The position numbers and the translations under genes are program-made. A stretch of DNA of 64,000 nt, from NCBI GenBank assembly GCA_028534125.1, contig CM052816.1:65598001-65662000 (forward strand), written 5' to 3'. This document shows, piece by piece, positions 24,811-38,680 of the stretch (positions within the stretch are counted from its first letter, which is position 1; the number at the start of each line of letters is the position of its first letter). Below the pieces are notes generated by a model. It was not told the DNA's origin, searched no databases, and saw only the letters and a program-made list of their open reading frames with translations. The DNA is from Lama glama. Taxonomy: Eukaryota.

Positions 24811-27598
24811 GACAGAAAGAGGGATAAAGAGGAGGAGGGAGGAAGGAAGAAGGAGAGGAGGACCCAGTAGTTAGTGTACAATACCCAGTAATTTTAAGGG
24901 TCAGGGAGCACGTCCCAAAGGAGGTATCCAGAAATAGGACCTGGAGAACTAGTGAGGGCATGACTTCCTCCAGGATTGGAGGGAGATGTGGAAGGATGGA
25001 TGGCAATAGTGTAGAGATTAGGGAGGTGGAAGGGGAGCCCGAGGTGGTTTTGGTCTCATAACCTCTGTTTTCTTTAGGAGGTGGAATTCTGGAACCTGTC
25101 TCAGAGGGAGGGCCCTCAGGTGGAGTTGCTGCTTAGTCAGGCTGATCGTGTTTGGGGATTCCGAGGAATGCAGACTTGATTTTATTGTTTTCTCCTTGTT
25201 AGTGGTGGAAGTTCTTTTATAAACATATTAATTAGATTGTAGTTCCAGTTTCATGACCTAATTTGGGGAATGTGAGATTTTATAAGCTGTCTGGCAAGAA
25301 CCCTTGGGTGACAAACACAAGTTCGAAGATTTTTGCCTTGAATTTTATCTTCAAATGACTGAAAATCATAGGGGGAAGAGTCTGCAGAACGATTTCAACT
25401 TTGCTCACTTTTTAATAGGAAGCTACCTTTCTCTGGTTTACGTTGCAGTGTCACAAATCCATATATATAAAGCCTGCTTTTACAACGATCTCTTCAAAAC
25501 CCTTCTGAAGATTACCTGAAAGTGTCACTGGTCTGAGAAACTTACTGAAAATAACAAAATGTAATATGACTTGAACCAAAACTGTTATAACCTTGATTAG
25601 ATACTTATAAGTTTAAATTATCTTTTATGTTTCCATGATATGTCAGGAGGGGGAAATGACAAATATAAGATGTAAATTAAGGGAACATTTTACCTAGCCT
25701 TGTAAATTTTGTAGACCATAATTATCAACCCTGTTGTGTACCATGAGTTTGGGAGATACTGTGAATTCCTTTTATCTCTGCTAATTATGAGCATTTTCTC
25801 CCCAGGTCAGCAGAGTTTCCTCTTTAATATCCTTGGCGTCCAGTGCTCATGATTACCTTGTACAGGGTTTCTTTGTGGGATTTCTGCTTCTGCTCCAAAG
25901 CTCTGAATAAGGTCACTTAGAAGGGAACTTCCTTCTTCCCTCCCTTTTAGTTCTTGATGTAGTTCTTAAATCTGAAGATGAGGAGGTTGAACTAAATGAT
26001 GGCTATAGTGCTGTAAAAATATCTATAGTTCTATACCTCACCTTATCAACTTACTCATTTCTGTCTTATTAGGCATGACTGCCCTTCAGTTAAAGGGAAT
26101 GCCGAGAAATAATAAATTGATTGACAAGTTACCCAGGACTGAATTCTGATGCTTTTCTGAAGTATTTGGCCCCTTCTGTAGAGAACCCTTAGTCTCACAG
26201 CCTTAGGTATTTAGCTTAATTCCTTCAACACAAAACTTCATTTTAAATAGCAGCCTTTTTTTCATCGGGACGATGGCACCTTGATGCTCATGAATGCTGG
26301 TAGCAACAGTAATTGAGAAAATGTATCTCACAAACCGTGTCCCCTATGTCCTCTTGAACTCGTCTCTTGATCGAAGGTCTAAAGCTTATCCTTGTTCCTC
26401 CAGCTTCCATCTCGTCTGACAAAATAACATGGGTTGAAGTTCTCAATATCAGATACATAGTCATTGGGTCACTTTGTGTTTGTGTGTTTGCTTAGTAAAC
26501 TTAAAACAAATCACTGTCATGGTGATGGAGAGACCCTTGATGTTTTAGAGAAGAATGAAGAGCTAGAAAGTTGATAGGAGGCAAACTGGCAAAGCCCAAG
26601 GATTACTAAGGGCAGCGGAAGAGACCTCTCACAAGCTGTAAAGTGTGGAGTCTTGGGTGTTTGAGTTCTAATGTTCCCCCCAAAAGTAAAGACTCTGGTT
26701 CTTGTCATACCCGAAAGACAAGTTTACAGTCGGGAGATGGTGCATTATTTTAAAAGATTTATTTTTAAAAAAAGGAAAAGTGCACTTCCAAGAATGGGAG
26801 GCAGTCTGTTTCAAGGGAGGAAAAGTCGTGGTTTTGGTCTCCCCTTTCTCTTACACCCTCGCTTAGAGGTGGTCTCGTGATAGATTGCTGGCTCTTGTCC
26901 CTGGAACAAGCTTAGTCATGTTTGTCCCCATTGCGCATGTCCTTACCATGGTGTACACAGAAAAATCCATGGGGTGGGGGGCTAAACCTCAATGTTAATT
27001 ATAATACAAGGAATATCGATCGTGTCTGATTAGGTCTTTTCTGCTACTGCGAGGTTGTGGCTGTCGAGTTTTAACCAGTTTTTTTTTTCCCCACCTGTCT
27101 GCCCAGTGCCCCCACTCATCTAACTACCTAACACTAAAAGAAGACAACATTTGTTGAAAAGTCTCATTTTCTAAAGAATAATCCTTGCAAGGTTGATTTT
27201 CAAGAAAGGCGAAGTGTTCTGGTGCAATAAGATGTCACCCTTTGAAAGACTGACTGCATTTGGCCAGGACTTCACTGCACATCTTGCTTCAAGGAACTTT
27301 CTGTGACCAAGCTAACCTGTGAGACTTTCGAGTAACAAATCACATTCCACTCTGTTCATGAGAGTAGCCACCGTGACCACTTTTTTCTACTTCCTATCCT
27401 CAGTATTGGCTCCATGCTGCACCCAGAGGCACTCAATACATTTTTCCTCAATAAATGAGTACGTGCAAAGAAAAGGATGAGTAACAAAATTATATGGTAT
27501 TATTTAATTAAATATCCTTTTGCATCATTCAAATAATGTTATTGTGCTGTATTTTGAGATGAAGCAAGGAAACTCACGCTATGAAAATAATAAAGATG

Positions 27599-27600
<2 letters not shown>

Positions 27601-27633
<33 letters not shown>
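27601..27633. repeat. (AAT)11 microsatellite
   Basis: Direct reading. Confidence 0.95.
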
Positions 27634-27634
<1 letters not shown>

Positions 27635-27638
<4 letters not shown>

Positions 27639-28030
27639 TCATATTTGAGAGGTTATTAATGCCCTGTATAGGTCAGGCTTTTTATATACATAGTCTTATT
27701 TACTCCTCCCCACAGTCCATGGCAAGGGTACATTACCTACTTACGATGGTCTGCAAACCTTGGGTAAATTATCTAACCTCTCTGTGTGCTTTGGTTTTCC
27801 CACTTGTGAAGGAGGAATAATAAATAGTTCTCACTTCTTAGTGTTGGTGTGAAGAATAAACAAGAAGACCTGTTAAGTGCTTGGAAGAGCATCTGTCACT
27901 CAGTGAGTAACCAGTAAATGCTAGCTCTTGTTACTGTACAGATTAGGAGACTAGACTGTAAATGGTTAACCAGATGGCCTAGGGTAATCTAGTTGTTTAG
28001 TGGCTGGTCTCTTCCAACCTAGGTCTTCCC
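27635..28030. mobile_element. Nested MIRs: a + strand MIR (~27735-27930) within a - strand MIR
   Basis: ccttgggtaaattatctaacctctctgtgtgctttggttttcccacttgtgaa on +, flanked by reverse-strand MIR pieces (cagattaggagactagac..ggttaac). Confidence 0.65.
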
Positions 28031-28370
28031 ATCAGCTCTAGATTGTTTGAGGACCAAACTGCTTTTGCTGTGTCACATTCTTGGAACTTTTTGGTGTATA
28101 CCAGAGACAACACCTTGGGTTCCTTGGGTTGAGTTTGAATTATGGAGAACAATGCATTTCTTCTTGTCTCTCAAACCTCAACCAGAATCACCTACCCTTA
28201 GAAAGCTTCTGTAAATTTCCATAAAAATTGTCGTCTTGAGTGTAAATAATTCTCACACATCTTGGTTTCTGATATTCAGAAGAGTTTAACCCTCTTTGCA
28301 GAGGCAGCTATCCTGCTGCATTGTGTTTATCTACAAAATCCAAATGATGTTGGACTTGTTGGAATGAACT

Positions 28371-28513
28371 TGTTTATCTATTGTATATATAGTAGTTAAT
28401 ATCTGCAAAACTAACTCCTAATTTATCCCTTCCCACCCATTTCCCCCCAGTAACCATAAGTTTGTTTTCTATGCCTGTGAGTCTCTTTCTGTTTTGTAGA
28501 TGAGTTCATTAGT
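28371..28513 (-). mobile_element. L1 3' UTR fragment (artiodactyl/camelid type)
   Basis: tttatcccttcccacc..cagtaaccataagtttgttttctatgcctgtgagtctctttctgttttgtagatgagttcatt is a typical antisense L1 3' end. Confidence 0.8.
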
Positions 28514-29134
28514 AAGACACTAATTATTTCTTTAAAACCAATAACCAGTTAATTCACTTTTATTTACCAGAATATTTCTTTCCTTGAAGAGGTCTATGTT
28601 TTCTCTATCTGGCAAGACAATATTATGTAAATTAATCTGCAGCTGGTCCACATCTTCATTGAAAACATACGTCCATTTCTTCATTTTTAACGTTTATGTG
28701 ACCTTTTAATTATTTTTTTGTGATACATGATATAGTTCTCAGACATGGCTCAGCCTCTATGTATGACTCTTCTCTCCTCTTTTCATACATCTTACACCAT
28801 CAGAGCTCTAAAAAGTCACCTCCTTCATATCTCTTCTCTTGCCTTCAACATGTCCTGTATTGGACACCATGGAGCATAGGCCCTGCTCACTTGGCCTCTG
28901 CCTTTCTAGTCTAATGCATACATGTCAGCAACTGTTAGTATTGATGTTCCCTTCCTATTTATTCCACCATACAGATCCAATATTTGCATCTTTAAATATA
29001 GCCATCTTTAAGATTTTTCTTCTCAAATGATTAGACAGTTACCAGGTACACTATGCTAGGCATATGGAATTTAGGCAGTAGTTTCCATCCTTAAACATCT
29101 TACTTGAATATATACCTAACTCTCTGTGTACAAT

Positions 29135-29380
29135 TGTTTAGTTTTTTTTTAATTAGAAAATGTAGGAGACATATTTCCTATGTATTATTTTTAGAGCCAT
29201 GTATTGCTTTTGATTTTTGGCAAATATATAAAGTTGTGTAATAATTACCCCAGTTTCTTTTATACCCCTTGGCAATATCCCCTCTCCTGATTCCAGCCCC
29301 CAGCAACCACTGATCTGATTTCTATCTCTGTGTTTTACTTTTTTACCAAATGTCATATAAATGAAGTCATACAGTTAAAA
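29135..29380 (-). mobile_element. Old L1M 3' fragment
   Basis: ccagcccccagcaaccactgatctgatttctatctct..aaatgtcatataaatgaagtcatacag. Confidence 0.75.
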
Positions 29381-29381
29381 T

Positions 29382-29455
<74 letters not shown>
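29380..29455. repeat. Compound (TG)n(TA)n microsatellite
   Basis: 76 nt of uninterrupted purine-pyrimidine alternation. Confidence 0.97.
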
Positions 29456-29457
<2 letters not shown>

Positions 29458-29849
29458 ATCTTTAGTACAGAAGATACAAACATATGCTTAAGCTTTATAT
29501 AAATGCTATACTTTTCAAGAAGGGCTGGAGATGCTGGAGCCCAGCTAGTCCCCAGCCCCCACCATGACTCCCTCCTCCCCTTGCTCTGGTGCCCCTGTTG
29601 GGGCTCCATGGTATCTGAAGTCACTACCCTGTTCATGATGGGTCTAGTCCTGGGGAGCACTTGCACTTTCTTGCCCTTTGGCCATGGCAGACTCCTGCTG
29701 AGCCATCAAAACTTGGTTTGCTTGACCTTCCCTGAACTCCAGGTGGGGTTAAGCCCTTCTGTTCTCGTAGAACTCCTTGTCCTTCCTATAGCACCATGTG
29801 TGTTGCTGTACAGTCATTTATGTCCATGTGCAGAGAGATGGCCAATTCA

Positions 29850-30090
29850 GTGACTCAGAGCACTGCCTCCAGATCCAGAGTGCCTGGTTCAAATCTGGAT
29901 CCAAGCTTTCTAGCTGTGTGACTCTGGCAGGAATTGTTTAGCCTCCCTGTGCCTTCGTTTGCTTATCTGTAAAGTGGAGGTTAGAACAGTTTTCCCCTCC
30001 TGGGCTGTTGTGAGATTAGGAAGGTGTAATATATATAAAATACTTAGAAGGCTCTGGGCAGTCAGGGACTCCACCACAGTGAGTTGTTCC
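29850..30090 (+). mobile_element. MIR
   Basis: gcctggttcaaatctgg..ctagctgtgtgactctggcag..cctccctgtgccttcgtttgcttatctgtaaagtgg. Confidence 0.85.
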
Positions 30091-30104
30091 TGGAGCTATT
30101 TTGC

Positions 30105-30540
30105 GTTGCTGTCTCCCTCAGAAGCAGGCTCCGAGAGAAGGACTCGAGTGCAAATGTTTTATCCAGGGGATCATCCCTGGAAACACCAATGGGGGAGTAG
30201 GAAAGTGAGACAGGAAAGGAGAGAAAGCCCAAACTGAGTGCATTAATGATCAGGTAGTGAAGCAGGCAACTGCAGCTCAATGCTGCTGGCGACCGCTAGG
30301 AGATGATGGAGCGCTAGGTTCACAGTCATTCTACCCAAGAGATGAGGACACTGCAGGATTTACCCTCCAGCACCCATTCTTCATTGGCTGTTGACTACTC
30401 CTAGGAGTGAGTCCCTGGTATCCCAGCCCACCCTGCATGCAGGCAGAGCCATAGGTAGAACACGGCACCTGCTTAACCTAGGATGCCATCAGCACGTAAT
30501 TGCTGAGGGGATATGGACAGGGCCCTGACGCTGACTGTGA
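30105..30540. mobile_element. ERVL-class solo LTR (LTR33/LTR41-like)
   Basis: cagaagcaggctccgagagaaggactcgagtgcaaatgttttat..gatcatccctggaaacacc..ggaaagtgagacaggaaagg. Confidence 0.65.
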
Positions 30541-31109
30541 CAGGACTGTGAACAGAATTCTCCTGGGCTTTCTGTTTTACTCTGTTTTCTTAATTTTCCC
30601 TGGCTCTTGTACCAGCAATCATAAATTTTGTGGAGTGAGGGAATGATGGAACACATGGATTTTTCTCTACTTGACCTTCAAAGCTCTTTGTAATTGTGTC
30701 TCACAGTATCTGTCTCTAAGTCTCCTGATTTCATTCTCATGGTTCCCGAACTACATTCCTCTTCTTTAATTATGTTGGTTTTCTTGCAGTTCCCAAACAC
30801 ATCCATCTGATTCCCACACATGGGATGCTCTGCCCTCTGCTCTGTCTAACTAAGTTCCACTCATCGTTCAAGTTCCCCTCAATCTCCAGCATTTCATCTC
30901 TTCCACGAAACCTTCTTTGAACTCAGAGCTTCACTTTTAATTCCCATTAACTCAAATAGACTGCATAATTTAGTGTTTGATTATCTATTGACTGTTGACA
31001 TTCTGTAATTGATGTATGTTTCAAGGCTAAAGAAAAACATCCATGTCTTACATACCTCTCTTTTTCACAAACTTCGCCACATCATACATAGTAGGAATAA
31101 TATACTGAG

Positions 31110-31325
31110 AAGCAGCTGCGTGGGATTTGGAGTTAGACAATGATTGCATCATTACTCTTATGAACTCTTATGCCCTTAGGCAACTGTATAACTTTCTTTT
31201 TTTTCCCTTCATCTAGAAAATGTGGCTAATAATCCTACATCATATTGCTTAAGGATAAATGATATATTATATATAAAATGCTTAGCACAGTTCTTCTCAA
31301 GAAGTCAATAAGTCTATGTTATTAT
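31110..31325 (+). mobile_element. MIR
   Basis: tttggagttagac..cttcatctagaaaatgtggctaataatcctacatcata..aaaatgcttagcacagt. Confidence 0.75.
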
Positions 31326-34300
31326 GTAGAATTCAAGGGGAAAGTAACATGATTTTGAGTAAAATGTTAATTGTTTTTTCTGCATGATACCAATGAAATA
31401 CATTTGAAAAATCACCAAAAAAAAAGAAAGAAGTAGACACTTAATCTACAGACTGACAGATTCTTTGACTCTGAAGTAATCGATATCTTCTTAGATTTTT
31501 CTCATTGTTATGCTTCTGAAGTTTTTTATTTTGCTCTTGCTTTGATTTTCAGTTGGTTTCAAAAGACATTAAATGACCTCTTAAGACAAAGATATTAGAG
31601 ATGTGGAAAATATTAAAATTTTTGTGAAAAATAATTCCTCAGTTGAACCTTTGAACAAGTAGGCTATATTTTTTATATTTCATTGAAAGTATCCATCATA
31701 TCTATTAGCTAAAATGATCATTGAAATAAAGTTTTACTCTTGCTTTTTCATGAAAGAAGATCAAGACCTCTTTTATATATTTGTAATTTTCTGATTAGAG
31801 TATACTCTGAAAACTTAAGTTCAGCTTTAACATTTTAAGGTTCTAGAACTGTGATTCTCTGGTGGAGATGGTGAGGGTGAGAGAAGGTGTCTGTTAGGGA
31901 AGATAATTGTATCATATGTCAGAAATTCCTGCAAGAGTTTGTGCAAAACCCATTCATCTTAGTAACAAGGAGTATCAGAATCTGGGGGTGGCGGCATGAG
32001 GGGGAGGAGGAGGTGGCATGTGCATGTTGACAAAGCATTGAGGGGTCTTGTACCCATCTCTCTCTTAGCAGGAGGTACTACAAGAGAGGGAGCCCGTTTT
32101 TTACAGCGATATTGAACTAAGTTCAAATTCACCTCTGACAGTGATGGGGTGATTCTGAACAAATGGTCTGACTTTCTAAGCATCAGTTTTGTCATTCATA
32201 AAAGAAGAATACAATAGGAGCAATCAACCAGATTTGTTGTCAAGATTCAGTGAGATAATATTTTATTCATTGGTTCAAACCTTGCCCTGTTCCAGGCAGC
32301 ATTTCAAGCAGCATCCATGGTGTATAACTATAACTTGTAGGGGAGAATGGTGAACACAGGGCAGAGGGAAATTAGGTATAATGTTAATACTCACGTGTCT
32401 ATGGAATGAGGTGAGGAAAATTATGGTACCTTCACAAATGGTGCCGGAATCTTCTTGGAGAAGAGACATGTCTTTGCTGGAAGAAATACTTTGAAGATGC
32501 CCTTGGGGTAGGAAGAGAGTCCTTGAGTATTTGGCTGCTGGGAGGTGCTCAGGTCTCCTGAGGGAGAATTTGCAAGCCACCTGGAATGGTGGAGAAGGGG
32601 AAGAGAGATTAGAAGAGGAACTGAGATGAGAAGCCTAGGGAAAGCTGAGAACTATGTGCACTCAGTCCATAAAGAGACCCCTCCCCAGTGACAGGAGGGA
32701 AAAAAAAGACCACTACTGTCTGCATGTCTGATTTCAAGCCTCAGAAGGGCTTGAAGTAATTTCAGTGGGGCTGGTGGTGGGCAAATCAAAAGGAGTTGTG
32801 TAGTATTAGCAAGAGAGCAATGAGCCCTGCCCCAGGAAATGGTCACATATTCAAGGATTAAGTTTGGAGATTCTTATGGTCATGAAGTTGGGAAGTTCAA
32901 ATCAATTTTGTCTAGATCTCAAGGGAGACCGGAGAGCCCTCCACCTTCTAGGAGTTTAAGGGTATTCAGATAACATATAAAGTTCACACTAAGCTTCCTA
33001 GGAGCCAGTGTTAAGTCAGGAAGCTTCCATACAAATCCCAGTGTCCTTGAGATATAAACAACCCTGTGGTTCAGGGAAAGCACACCTACTTCTGCTATTA
33101 AGATCGAAAGGAAATTTGTCCTAAGGATGTGGGTAAAGAGGAATGAGATATGTAAAAATCAGAGAACCTGTATACTTAAGATGTTTGATACATTTTAGTT
33201 TCCCTCCTGTTTCTTTCCTTCCTCACAAATTTCAGTGCAGGTTGTAGGCTCCTTGAAGGCTCTTTGGAAATTGTAAACAGTATGGTTAGTTAATAGTACA
33301 AGGAACATTATATACCAGGTTTCATTACAATTTCATTAAATACTATTGAAAATACTGAGGTGTTCATAAAAAGATACTGTGAATAAGAATATATTTTATG
33401 AGAAAAATGCTATGTCTTTCCAATACTATCTTGAAGTTAAAAACATTCTCACGTACTTTGAGTTGTCCACAGACCATCATTGCACCAGGTTATAGAGTTA
33501 TGGGTCCTGCATTTGTGATGGCGACAGTCATACAGAATGAGGCAGCCTTGGCTGACTCTTAAGGAGATCTGCATCTCAGATGCAAGTGTTCTTGAGTCCA
33601 TACATGACTTTCGTTGTGTAAGAGCAGATGTGTAAGTCAGACTTTTGAGTGAGGCTGCTCCTAGTTGGATCTGTTAATTCATGTCAATTTACAAGATTGC
33701 TTCCCTGTGATCGATATGTTTCAAGCACATATTCCTGTGTTTAGGACAATGGGAACCATGAAAATGATTATGAAATGGCAAGCAGTCTGGAAAGAGAATG
33801 AAGACAAGTGCCCAGGGTTCTGGAGATTATGAAATCCTTTACAAGCATGAGTCCAGGTCAAAGGAGTTTTTTTTTTTTTAAGAATCTCTGATATGACTGC
33901 CGTTTATTTTCCCTCTGAAGCAATTCTTCTTGGCAATTAAAAAAATTACTACATAAAACCAAAAGAGAATGGAATTCTAGAATACAGGACATAAAGGCTT
34001 CATGCATTTTTTCCTTTTTCTCATCCTTTCTTCATTTTTCTCCCACTTAGGTGAATTGGCTATTAAATATTGACCCTAAGAATTTGATTCTAATACTCGA
34101 ATGTTTGAATTAGCTACGAGTAAAAGATCTTTGATTGAGTCCATTGGTACCAGACATCTTTACCTTGAGAAAAACCCACTACTTGGAAAGCAATAGTACA
34201 TCAACAGAATTTTGAAGATTTTGGCCATTTTCCCCCTTTCTCTCCTCAGAATCTATTTTTATTCAGCCTCATCATGAGCATCTCCTTTGGGTAATCTGAG

Positions 34301-35824
34301 TTGCATGCTTTCCTCACTCTTTCTGTATCCTTAGTTTCTTCAGAGCTTCACTCAAGACAGACAAAAGATAAAAGAAAATAAAAAGGTTTTATTTGCAAAG
34401 AAATGGCCTTTTGGTACCTGATTCTTCATGCCCATTCATCACTGCTAAGTGCTCCAGAACTGCTGAGGCCAGTGTTCAGGAAGCAACTAGTACATCAGTC
34501 TTATGACTGTTGTTCTTAAACGGAGGTCCCTAGTGCCTTTCACGTTGTGTTTTGTGCATCAACCAAGTGATGCCTGTAGGAACCTTTATGTCTAGTGGGG
34601 GGAAAAAATCTCTTTCATTCCCATGTTACCTTAAAATAAAAATCTCAGATCAGAAGACTTCAGGGAGAAGCAAACTATTGTTTCCTATATGCTACAGTGC
34701 ATAAGGATAGGAGTGAGTACCTATTTCTTGGACATTTGTATGAATTTGTCTTTTAAAAAACACCACCATTTCTCTTGTCAGGAGCTAAAAATTAGGTATT
34801 ATTATGGCTATCTTTTTCCATTGCTAATTTATTCAAATGTAATCTTGACTAATCTATTATTTTGTTAACATGTCTACTTGATTAATATGTTTTTCCTCTC
34901 CTCTGATTCTGAGCTACAAATTCTACCCCTGTTAATTTATTATTTAACCCAAGTCCACTATAAATAAACTTCTTAAGATGAATGTAATTCATCTTTCTTG
35001 ATTAAAGATACCAATAATATCACTAAGTAGCTTATTTCAGATAGAAATTTGGCTGGCATTTGTTACTTGTTATTTTTCTTCTTGGAGATTTGTCATTTTG
35101 GGCATATTTATCAGTGTTGTGTATTCCTGAAAGCATTAATGTTTACAATATCTGTATCTCAGTAGAATTGATAGCATTGAATTAGATGGATCAATAACAA
35201 GACTTTAAGTGCATTTCAAGGAAATTTACCATCTGTATTGTCCTTTTATTCCAACAGTTTTCACAATTTACAAATGGCATTTTATATATTATTTTATGTA
35301 TTTTCTATAAAGATTAGAAAAATGTATTCTTTGGCACCTGAATTTTAAAGTGTTCTTGAATTATTAATTGGTTAATTCTGTATGACATCATTATTTATTA
35401 GCCAGGCAGTAATATATATTTCTTATGGGGTTACATGTACTTTGAGATATCCAGAAAATGCGAGGAGATTAAATATGGAAATTAGAAAGTACTCTCCTCC
35501 TATCATTATGTTCAATTCTGATTTTATACCCGTGTAGCTAGAACAAAGAAGAAGGTGGTGGGGTTTTTTAATCTGTTTTTTTGTTTTTATTTTTGTTTAC
35601 TTTAGAGTAAGGGAAGGATGGAAGGTGTGTCATCTGAGGGTACCTCTAGCTGTGTCATCACAGGAGAGCTGTGATACATGAATACTCAAAGCTTCTGTCC
35701 GGGAAGCCAAGTATGATATTCAGGGACAAATAATAATGTGCTAACCTCGTTCACAGTAATCACAGATAATGTAGGACTTGTATCTGCTATCCAGGTTTGA
35801 AGGTAAAATATGGAACCTATTTTG

Positions 35825-36190
35825 GAGAGTTCACGTAGCAACTCAGGCTACATTAATAGAACTGGAAGGGCCCACAATAAAGAGGTAATGAGTGCACTTG
35901 ACCCTGCAGCATTCAGACCTCAGCTGGAGTACTGTGCTCTCTTCTGGGCTGCAGACATACTGGAGAGGCATCTGAGGAGAGGAGGGATGGAAGAAGACTC
36001 ATACCTTGTGACATATAAAGTGATTGAAGGACTGCAGATATTAAGGAGAAGAAAGAAAATGATGCAGTAATGAAAGGACTGGTGCTTGGATGAGACTGGT
36101 TCTTTGTGGCTGCAAATATGAAATGTTACAAGTGGGTATACCTAGTAAGAGAGATTTAACCCCTGAATGGGTCTGGATGTTCTAATGGTC
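35825..36190 (+). mobile_element. CR1/L3 LINE fossil (C-terminal region of the RT-containing ORF2)
   Basis: ORF 35810-36070 reads GYINR..EV..L..A..RPQLEYC..FWA..DILER..RR, matching the CR1 motif GCINR..[31 protein letters not shown]. Confidence 0.85.
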
Positions 36191-36759
36191 AGAAGCAGCA
36201 TTTCCTGTGACATAGCCTGCATGGGTCCAATTGTGGAAGTAAGGATGGACAAATGGACAGTATTAGCTAGGATCCAAAGTCCTGAGCAAATGATAACATC
36301 TTAACATCTTAACAATTTTCTGACATTTATCTTTTTTCTAGTTGGTTGAAAATGTTTGCTTTCTTCACTAGTTTTCCCACTGTTTTTGTTTGTTCGTTTG
36401 TTTGGGTTTTTTTTTTTTAATGTCTTAGAACACTAAGCCACTCTTGACTCTTTTCTTTGTCTTTTTGAAAGATACGGCCATATAGATAATGCATCTCACA
36501 TTTCCTTTTAGTAAACTTTTCTTTAAATAAGTCATGTATTTAGCAATTGACTAACATTCTAACCTGGCTTTAATTGATGATGTATAACATGACCTAATAT
36601 TTTCTAAAGAAATGTGGAGAAAGCAATTAGTCATAGAGTAGTATATGAAGAATACTATGTCTTTTGTTTAAGTAAATTAAATATAGGCTTATATCAGTAA
36701 GATTAGATTTAACTATCTAATTCTACCAGTTTAAATTAAATTTATAGACTTTTAGAGTT

Positions 36760-38100
36760 TCTTTAAACATTTTATTTTAAAAGAGTTTTAGATTCCTGGA
36801 AAAGTTGTAAAAATAGTACATATACCCCACACCCACTTTCCATTATTATTAACATCTTATATGAGTATCGAATTTTTGTTATAAGCAATGAACCAATACT
36901 AGGAGTATTGTTATCTGAAGCCCATACTTTGTTCAGATTTTCTTAGCTTTGCTGAATGTTCTTTTTCCTATTCCAGGGTCCCATCCAGAAAAGCACATTA
37001 CACTTAGTTGTGTTTCCTTAGATTCTTTTTGGCTGAGAGAGCTTCTCAGATTTCCTTTGTTTTGATGACCTTGACAGTTTTGAGGATTACTGGTCAGACA
37101 TTTTATAGAATTTCCCTCAGTTGGGATTTCTGGTGTTTTTGTCTTGATTCTACTGGGGTTATGTGTTGCAAGGAGGAAGACCACAGAGGATACAGTACCA
37201 TTTTCATCACACTCTCAAAATGTCTTATTGTTACTCACGTTAACCTTGGTCATCTGGTTGACATGATTTTGTCATGCTTTTTTTCACTGTAAATTTTTTT
37301 TCACTGTGTTAACTTATTATTTTTCCATATTTTCATACTATTATCTTTGAAGGGAAGTCACTAGGCACAGCCCACACTTAAGGAGGGAGTTATGCTCAAC
37401 CTCCTTGTAGGCAGAGTATCTCCATAAAGTATTTGGAATTCTCCATAGGAGATGTGTCTGTTCTCCTCCATTTATTTAATTGCTTATCTAATCATTTGTT
37501 TTTATCAGTATGGACTCATGAATATTATTTTATATCTATTATGTTTAAATTTTAAATTAAATTAATACTATGCTGAAGCTCAGATTTCTTCTGTTGTGGC
37601 CATTGGGAGTTCTTTCAGTTGGTTCTTGTGTCCCTTTTACATATCCCATCATTGTGGGATTTGGGTTTTGTTTTTTTTTTAGCATTTTCATTGTAAGGTG
37701 CAGACTCGTCTAGTACATTTCCTTCCCCAGTCATAGATTCAGCCAGTTACCCATGGATCCCTGGTTTCTTTCATCAGAGAATGGTATTTCAAACCAAGAT
37801 TTTGGTCCAAAGTATTCTCTTTGCTACTGGGTATGATTGCTTCTCAGCCTTCTTGGCTGACAGCAGGGAAATACACGTGTGTATACTGACCTGTGTAACT
37901 GTGTGTAACTATCTGTATATATGGTTAGACAGAGAGATAGATAAGTAGAAAAGCAAGAGTTCATACTGATGTTTCCAACTACAATCCATTACAACCTGCA
38001 TCATTCTAGCCTCTCCCCCTTGTTTAGACATAACCTCCCTTCCAACGGTAAGAAACTTCACTCCCACCGTCTACCATTGTTCAGTTCCAGTGGAGTTGTT
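36760..38100 (-). mobile_element. L1MC/MD-type 3' region
   Basis: ttttagattcctggaaaagttgtaaaaatagtaca..tgttctttttcctattccagggtcccatccag..ttgatgaccttgacagttttgaggattactggtcag..ggaagtcactaggcacagcccacacttaagg. Confidence 0.85.
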
Positions 38101-38226
38101 GCAGTTAGCCTGCCTGAAATTGAAATACATAAGTAAAAGTTGTATTTTTCTCAAAGGCTTAGAAAAATTCAATATTACTTTTTTCCAAAAGAATTTTTTT
38201 TTTTATCCTGGAACTCATGACTTTAA

Positions 38227-38380
38227 TGGCAGTTTCTTTTTATTTCTTTATTTATGGAGGGGTGGTAAATCAGGCTTATTTATTTACTTATTTATTTTTA
38301 ATGAAGGTACTGGGGATTGAACCCAGGACCTCATGCATACTAAGCATGCACCCTACCACTGAGCTATACCCCCTCCATCT
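38227..38380 (-). mobile_element. Camelid tRNA-Ala-derived SINE (vic-1 type)
   Basis: Reverse complement of GGGTATAGCTCAGTGGTAG..CTTAGYATGCA..GGTCCTGGGTTCAATCCCCAGTACC plus AT-rich tail. 19-bp TSD ctggaactcatgactttaa at 38208-38226 and 38381-38399. Confidence 0.92.
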
Positions 38381-38528
38381 CTGGAACTCATGACTTTAAA
38401 ATAGTGTTTGGGTTCCAGACATTTTTCTGTATGTAAAGATTGATAAAGTCAACTTTATATTGTTCACAATTTTTTGGTTTATAGATAATGTAAATTCTCA
38501 GATATTTCCACAATTTAAATGTATCAGA

Positions 38529-38680
38529 GGGGAGGAGGGTATAGTTCAGTGGTACAGTGCGTGCTTAGCATGCACAAGGTCCTGGGTTCAATCCCTGGTA
38601 CCTCCATTAACAATAATAAATAAACTTAATTACCTCCCCTCCAAAAATAAATAGCAAACAAACAAACAAATAAAATTTAG
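38529..38680 (+). mobile_element. Camelid tRNA-Ala-derived SINE (vic-1 type)
   Basis: ggagggtatagttcagtggtacagtgcgtgcttagcatgcacaaggtcctgggttcaatccctggtacctcc, then taaacttaattacctcccc and an A-rich tail. Confidence 0.92.
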
